From assembly GCA_963769935.1 (NCBI GenBank), contig CAVYNY010000020.1:160001-224000 (forward strand): a stretch of 64,000 nucleotides of DNA, given 5' to 3'. The notes beneath the pieces are model-generated. The model made no database searches and had not been told where the DNA came from. It saw only the letters and a program-made list of their open reading frames with translations. This document shows, piece by piece, positions 59,756 to 64,000 of the stretch. The DNA comes from an uncultured delta proteobacterium (lineage in GTDB: Bacteria > Desulfobacterota > Desulfobacteria > Desulfobacterales > JAFDCJ01). The number at the start of each line of letters is the position of its first letter. Positions within the stretch are counted from its first letter, which is position 1. A program made the translations under genes and the position numbers.

Positions 59756-59920
59756 ATGGATATGGAAGTTAGGGAAGAAGAAAAAGAGGTTGTTTGCCAT
59801 GCGCTTAACATATATTTAAAAGATCTGAGGGGGGAAATCACTAAGACCGAAAAACATGACATGAAAGTCGACCTGCATCGCGAGGAAGACCTCATTAAGA
59901 AATTCATCGCGCGTTGTTGA
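59756..59920 (+). CDS. 54-aa hypothetical helical protein (not in the ORF track)
   Basis: AGGAGGTGA RBS; MDMEVREEEKEVVCHALNIYLKDLRGEITKTEKHDMKVDLHREEDLIKKFIARC. Confidence 0.6.
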   Translation: MDMEVREEEKEVVCHALNIYLKDLRGEITKTEKHDMKVDLHREEDLIKKFIARC

Positions 59921-60108
59921 TGGTTTATCGCGTTCCATGCGGATTTTATATCCGGTGGCGTGATTTTTCCTGTGACAATTTTTTGCAGAGCGAGCCCGAA
60001 AGTTTATGCGGGGGGGGCGGGGTTGACTTTCTAACTTCGGCCTCAGAAGGATAAGTACGATCCAAGGTGAGTAATTTACTCCGTTAAACCTTTTCCAAAT
60101 CAACTTTT

Positions 60109-60214
60109 GCCGAACGTTTTGAGCTAACCTGCCGGCCACCTTACCTTCAAACCTGAACAGGTCTTTACGCAAAATCGCATATTTTGCCGGTCAGGTTAAG
60201 CGATTGGGTTAAGC
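60109..60214 (-). mobile_element. attC site 3
   Basis: GCTTAAC-ccaatcg-CTTAACCtgaccggc...gccggcAGGTTAG-ctcaaaac-GTTCGGC, directly after the stop codon of 60219-60659. Confidence 0.88.
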
Positions 60215-60218
60215 GTCA

Positions 60219-60659
60219 TCAACGCCTCCAAACTGGCGACCAATCGCGAGCCATCTCGCTACGGCACGCGTGAGCTATGGCAAGGGAGCGCGTGTTGTCC
60301 GATTCGGCTGAGCCGGACCGGAGTCCGTTGCCGAATGCCACCATGGCGTCTGTGACGTCTTGGTTTTCGACCATGCCCATGACGCCCCAGTAGAGGGACC
60401 AAAACCGATCGACTCTGCGGACAGGCGGAGCCGGTGCAACAGCCGGCACAGCTGAATCTCTGCCGTAGATGGCGATGCCGGCTGCAACTTCAACCGCCTC
60501 TTCGCACCACCTCAGCTTTCGCTCAAGAAACGGCCGCGCGGCTTCCACTGCTTGATTCCGAGTGAACTGATATGTACCGGCAAGCAGGCCGACGAGCGTA
60601 AGGGCTACGCCGGAAATCTTCAGCCAATGTTCCAGGGACTTCGGTGCTTCTGCGGGCAT
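60219..60659 (-). CDS. Hypothetical cassette protein with one N-terminal TM segment
   Basis: GAGG RBS; RFWSLYWGVMGMVE..AMVAF..AHACRSEM; followed by attC. Confidence 0.7.
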   Translation of the reverse strand: MPAEAPKSLEHWLKISGVALTLVGLLAGTYQFTRNQAVEAARPFLERKLRWCEEAVEVAAGIAIYGRDSAVPAVAPAPPVRRVDRFWSLYWGVMGMVENQDVTDAMVAFGNGLRSGSAESDNTRSLAIAHACRSEMARDWSPVWRR

Positions 60660-60785
60660 GATGCTGTCCTCGCTGATTAACTGGCATTTTTTAATCACAA
60701 ATCAAGACACGACCCCTTGTTTCTTTTTCAGCTTGGTACTATTTTCCAAATGCGCCCGGCCTTGGCAGTAACCTGGACTGAGAGG

Positions 60786-61061
60786 TCATGATTCTATTTC
60801 GTTAAATTCCGCCTCAATGCGGTTCAATTCTTTTATTTCCTGTAAGATTTTGCTTTCATCTATCTCATTTAGTGGTTTTTTTAAATCCAACAGCGAATTG
60901 GCTTACATCGAGCTAAAACTAAATTTTTTCGTAAGTATTTTTACAGCGCTATCTCTGTTCCTTAAAATCGCATTTATTTTATCAGCGTTTTTCCGTGCTT
61001 TTAATAAACCAGCCATAATATGCTGGCGGGCATAATTTATTGAAAGATCTTTTCGTGCCAT
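60786..61061 (-). pseudogene. Stand-alone GyrA/ParC C-gate-like mini-gene with one internal TAA
   Basis: ARQHIMAGLLKARKNADKINAILRNRDSAVKILTKKFSFSSM*ANSLLDLKKPLNEIDESKILQEIKEL; TAA at 60903-60905. Confidence 0.55.
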
Positions 61062-61078
61062 AGATTTATCTGAGCAAA

Positions 61079-61212
61079 TCATAACGCAGCGCTTCACTCA
61101 GCGGGCGGTGATATACAACAGACTTTGAAAAATGTGACAAAGCTCGCGAATCACACAAATAGATGGAAAACCGCCAGCAGAGCCCGGTCGGCTGTGAAAG
61201 CGCTTGTTGGGC
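61079..61212 (-). mobile_element. attC site 4
   Basis: GCCCAAC-aagcgc-TTTCAC...GTGAAG-cgctgc-GTTATGA. Confidence 0.85.
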
Positions 61213-61277
61213 GATTATCCTCTTCATTCGCCCACCCGGAAAATGCTGATCCGCTAGACACCAGTCTTTTGTAAAGA

Positions 61278-61667
61278 TTAGGCGGAACTCGTGAGTGCCT
61301 CTGCCAGAGCCTCGGGCTCAGCTATACTCACCATGAGTTGTCGCAAGCGGACCGGAAATCCCATCACATAGCCACGCTGGACTGGTGCCAGATTGATAGT
61401 CAGGATTCCCCGTCCTGATCCATTCACCAGCCATCGACCTGCGAACCCATGCACCCCACGGCTCAATGGCTTTCCATGCGTTTTCGCAGCTAAGACAACA
61501 GCTGTTCTCCGAAAACGAGATCGAAACGCCCAGCCCATTTGCACTCGCACTTCCTCACCATTTACTTCCACGTAGGAACTCGAAGGAGGCAAAAACAAAG
61601 CGCTCGAAAGCATCCCATACCATGCATCGAACTGAATGGGAAATCGTTGTAGGCCCATGCATTCCAT
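61278..61667 (-). CDS. Hypothetical cassette protein
   Basis: Open frame between attC 5 and attC 4; QMGWAFR..GVHGFAGRWLVNGS. Confidence 0.7.
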   Translation of the reverse strand: MECMGLQRFPIQFDAWYGMLSSALFLPPSSSYVEVNGEEVRVQMGWAFRSRFRRTAVVLAAKTHGKPLSRGVHGFAGRWLVNGSGRGILTINLAPVQRGYVMGFPVRLRQLMVSIAEPEALAEALTSSA

Positions 61668-61728
61668 TGCTCCGCCAAATCGCTGCGGATGATCATCCGC
61701 AGCGAGTGTCGAGGGCGCGCAGCGTCGT

Positions 61729-61786
61729 CGACAACGACGCAAATAAGGCGTGAGTTTACGAATCGCCTGAATTTGCTATGTTAGGT
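61729..61786 (-). mobile_element. attC site 5 (58 bp)
   Basis: ACCTAAC-atagcaaattcaggcg..cgccttatttgcgtc-GTTGTCG. Confidence 0.8.
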
Positions 61787-61787
61787 T

Positions 61788-61816
61788 ATTAAATTCGAAC
61801 GATATCGATATATCAA
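61788..61816 (-). promoter_or_regulatory. Candidate sigma70 promoter in a gene-less cassette
   Basis: TTGATA-17 bp-TTTAAT on the minus strand. Confidence 0.5.
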
Positions 61817-61834
61817 TACCCGTCCCTAATATTC

Positions 61835-61892
61835 CCCTAACGCCGGCTTCAGCCATGAGCGAAGTGAGTCGGACTGAAAAACAAGGTTATGA
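61835..61892 (-). mobile_element. attC site 6 (58 bp)
   Basis: TCATAAC-cttgtt-TTTCAGtccg..ggCTGAAG-ccggc-GTTAGGG. Confidence 0.8.
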
Positions 61893-62161
61893 TATTTTAG
61901 CCTCTGGTTTATAAAGTCCAAGTGCCATAATAATAACTTAAGCCCTCTGATCCTTATTTGGTGGCCGTTTGCGTCATTCCGGCGAAGGCCGGAATCCAGT
62001 CTGATCAATCTTCTCCGGCCTCCAGAGTTCTGCGAGAGATAGTTCCGGTTAAAAATATTTTTCTTAAGTTAACAGCATTAGGACCAAGGTAACGTATTGA
62101 TTTTCTATCTATTGATGTAAAATATTCGCCTGTTTTCTGGCTTAGAGCCCTCTTTTTAGGC

Positions 62162-62632
62162 TCAAAATGATCCCTCTAAGCTCATATTCGAATCCAGATA
62201 ATTCTCTGGCCCATTTTGCCAGTAAATTGTATTATCCTCCGGCTGCTGCCGTAGCGCTCTGTCTGAAATAATCATGCATCGAATTAGATGATCATCTGGG
62301 GCCACAGCGGTCGCATGATACCGGTCCCGCCAGAAAGCGCCTTTTCTGCCTTTGCGGCTATTGAATTCCTGGCCCGTTTTTCCCGCGATCAATTGAATCG
62401 ATTTCGGAATCGTTTCATTCCTGTTTCCGGTATCATAGACAAGAAGGTGAACATGATTTGACGTGACGGTAAAATTCAGAACGCAGAGCCCGAATCGCTT
62501 TTTGGCCTCAAACAGCCATTACATCCAGCGCTGTTTATCCTTTGCAAACTTTAGAAGAAATTCGCGCTTATGACAGCGGTGGGTCAGGTGCCAGGCATAT
62601 CCGGATATAAAGTGTCGATTCGCTCGGGCCAT
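62162..62632 (-). pseudogene. REP-associated (Y1/HUH, RAYT-like) transposase pseudogene
   Basis: MARANRHF..WHLTHRCHKREF..WM*WL..TSNHVHLL..GAFWRDRYHAT; internal stop, truncated. Confidence 0.82.
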
Positions 62633-62649
62633 TTTAATTCCAGTATCCC

Positions 62650-62793
62650 TCAAAAGCTATTTTGTTGTTCCCTAGACACTGACTTTTCCTCACATTTTGC
62701 AATCGCAGTAACGTCTTTCACTTTTTCATCTGCTAATCTTATCTTCTGTTCCTCAGATCTTCCTGGATAAAGTTTCACAATGACATGAGGCAT
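62650..62793 (-). pseudogene. Truncated 4-oxalocrotonate tautomerase family cassette gene
   Basis: GGAG RBS; MPHVIVKLYPGRSEEQKIRLA..SVS then diverges. Confidence 0.7.
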
Positions 62794-62817
62794 AATTGTT
62801 CTCCAATTTCATGGGGA

Positions 62818-62947
62818 GCATAACGCCAAGCTTGAGCAGCGCCGAAAATTAGGCGCCCATATTGTTAAACTGACAGAATGAAAAATAAACCAACTACTTA
62901 CGAAAATCGCACGGAATAAGGCGTCGGACTCAAAGCTTTTGTTGGGT
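62818..62947 (-). mobile_element. attC site 7 (130 bp)
   Basis: ACCCAAC-aaaagc-TTTGAGtccgacgcc...ggcgctgCTCAAG-cttggc-GTTATGC. Confidence 0.85.
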
Positions 62948-62960
62948 AAAAATTTTTATC

Positions 62961-62999
62961 TTGACAGTTATGACAACCAGTTGTACATTATTCTGTACA
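62961..62999 (+). promoter_or_regulatory. yefM-yoeB promoter/operator
   Basis: TTGACA-17 bp-TACATT; two TGTACA hexamers (62982 and 62994) 12 bp apart. Confidence 0.75.
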
Positions 63000-63018
63000 G
63001 TTCACATGGAGGTGTCAA

Positions 63019-63270
63019 ATGAAAGCCATTACATATACCGCCGCACGACAAAATCTTGCAAAAACGATGGAGAACGTGTGCAAAGACCACGCGCCTGTTA
63101 TCGTCACACGTAAAACAACCGATTCGGTAGTCATAATGTCACTTGAAGACTATGAAGCCTTGGAAGAAACTGCCTACCTTTTACGTTCCCCCAAAAACAC
63201 AAGGCGCCTGGTTGAATCCATCGCTCAACTCGAAGCGGGCCGGGGGTCAGAAAGAGAACTTTTAGATTGA
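63019..63270 (+). CDS. yefM: YefM/Phd antitoxin
   Basis: ITYTAARQNLA..PVIVTR..MSLEDYEALEETAYLLRSPKN. Confidence 0.93.
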   Translation: MKAITYTAARQNLAKTMENVCKDHAPVIVTRKTTDSVVIMSLEDYEALEETAYLLRSPKNTRRLVESIAQLEAGRGSERELLD

Positions 63271-63521
63271 AGCTCATTTTTTCAGATCATGCGTGGGACG
63301 ATTACCTTTATTGGCAAAAAACTGATAAAAAAATCCTCCGGCGAATAAACACCTTAATTAAAGAAATTAAACGAAATCCCTTCGAAGGAATCGGTAAGCC
63401 TGAACCGCTAAAACATGCTTTGTCAGGATATTGGTCCCGTCGAATAAACGATGAACACAGAATCGTTTACAAAGCTTCTGCCGATTCTATTCTAATAGCA
63501 CAACTTCGATACCACTATTGA
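63267..63521 (+). CDS. yoeB: YoeB/Txe toxin
   Basis: AWDDYLYWQ..GIGKPEPLKH..WSRRINDEHRIVY..RYHY. Confidence 0.93.
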   Translation: MKLIFSDHAWDDYLYWQKTDKKILRRINTLIKEIKRNPFEGIGKPEPLKHALSGYWSRRINDEHRIVYKASADSILIAQLRYHY

Positions 63522-63553
63522 TTGTGCCCACCCTCTGCGATCGATACCCAAGG

Positions 63554-63584
63554 GCGCCTTCACCAGTTTATCTGGTGAAGGCGT
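63554..63584 (+). terminator. Hairpin after yoeB
   Basis: gcgccttcaccag-tttat-ctggtgaaggcgt. Confidence 0.6.
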
Positions 63585-63804
63585 GGTTAGAATTTTGGTC
63601 AATAAACTCAAACAGGTTATCGCTATAAATAAAACGAGCTGTGAAGAATGAAGACCTACCCCCTTTTGCCAGGCTTTAGCCAGATGATTACTTAAATCGC
63701 CATTTTTAAGTCCAAAAACATCGCTCTAAGACCAAAAAACGGTCTTATTTTTTACCTAAACCCGCATCAAATAAGCATCCAGTTTGGTCCGACCCCGCCC
63801 CGCA

Positions 63805-63888
63805 TCACACTGCAAATTCTCTCTTATGGCACCGATGGGTTATATGCCAGACATAACCGGGTATGTAATGTCTTTTAGCACGAGCCAT
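63805..63888 (-). pseudogene. N-terminal remnant of a second RAYT-like transposase
   Basis: MARAKRHYIPGYVWHITHRCHKREF then stop; paralogous to the copy starting at 62632. Confidence 0.75.
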
Positions 63889-64000
63889 TTTCCGTCAATT
63901 TTCTTAATAGGTCAGTTTTTGAGGAAAATCGGTCGATTAAGACCGGTTCAAAGTCTTTTTTAAGGAATTCTATCAGCAATGTAAAAAACTTAGCGTGGCC

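Noticed and set aside
58416..62947. CRISPR array
   Set aside because: Repeats are non-identical, variable in length and separated by gene-sized spacers, which fits attC; no cas genes
63590..64000. intI integrase or attI site
   Set aside because: No tyrosine-recombinase motifs; only transposase-associated remnants
1..64000. tRNA or rRNA genes
   Set aside because: No cloverleaf with a T-loop and no rRNA signature seen by eye; tRNAscan-SE and barrnap would be decisive

Overview
64-kb window of an anaerobic bacterial chromosome. Gene content and intergenic repeat style suggest Desulfobacterota (Desulfobacterales-like); this is inference. No rRNA, tRNA or CRISPR array was recognised. Main blocks: (1) 1-5.4 kb, minus strand: a LysR gene upstream of an unannotated small ORF with two in-frame TGA codons in a UxxU motif (candidate selenoprotein), followed by a double-cubane-cluster reductase, its ATP-dependent activator, MauE/DoxX, an exported rhodanese and an Fe-S protein. 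(2) 5.9-30 kb: metabolic genes mixed with gene fragments, including a D-cysteine desulfhydrase/CuyA-like enzyme, a polar amino-acid ABC transporter with an Asp/Glu-family racemase, and a BrnTA pair. (3) 30.7-46.5 kb: two non-pyrrolysine MttB methyltransferases with an atypical transsulfuration enzyme, a Dpp/Opp-type ABC transporter with an embedded Fe-S gene, and MmgE/PrpD. (4) 46.6-54.2 kb: a glycosyltransferase, DUF547 and twin radical-SAM operon. (5) 58.4-63.6 kb: an integron-type cassette array with at least 7 attC sites and no intI in the window. It carries two TA systems, a gene-less cassette with a promoter-like sequence and a stand-alone GyrA C-gate-like mini-gene. Indels cluster at 0-6.1 kb and 21.7-23 kb and are probably sequencing errors. 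All family assignments come from motif recognition by eye, not database searches.
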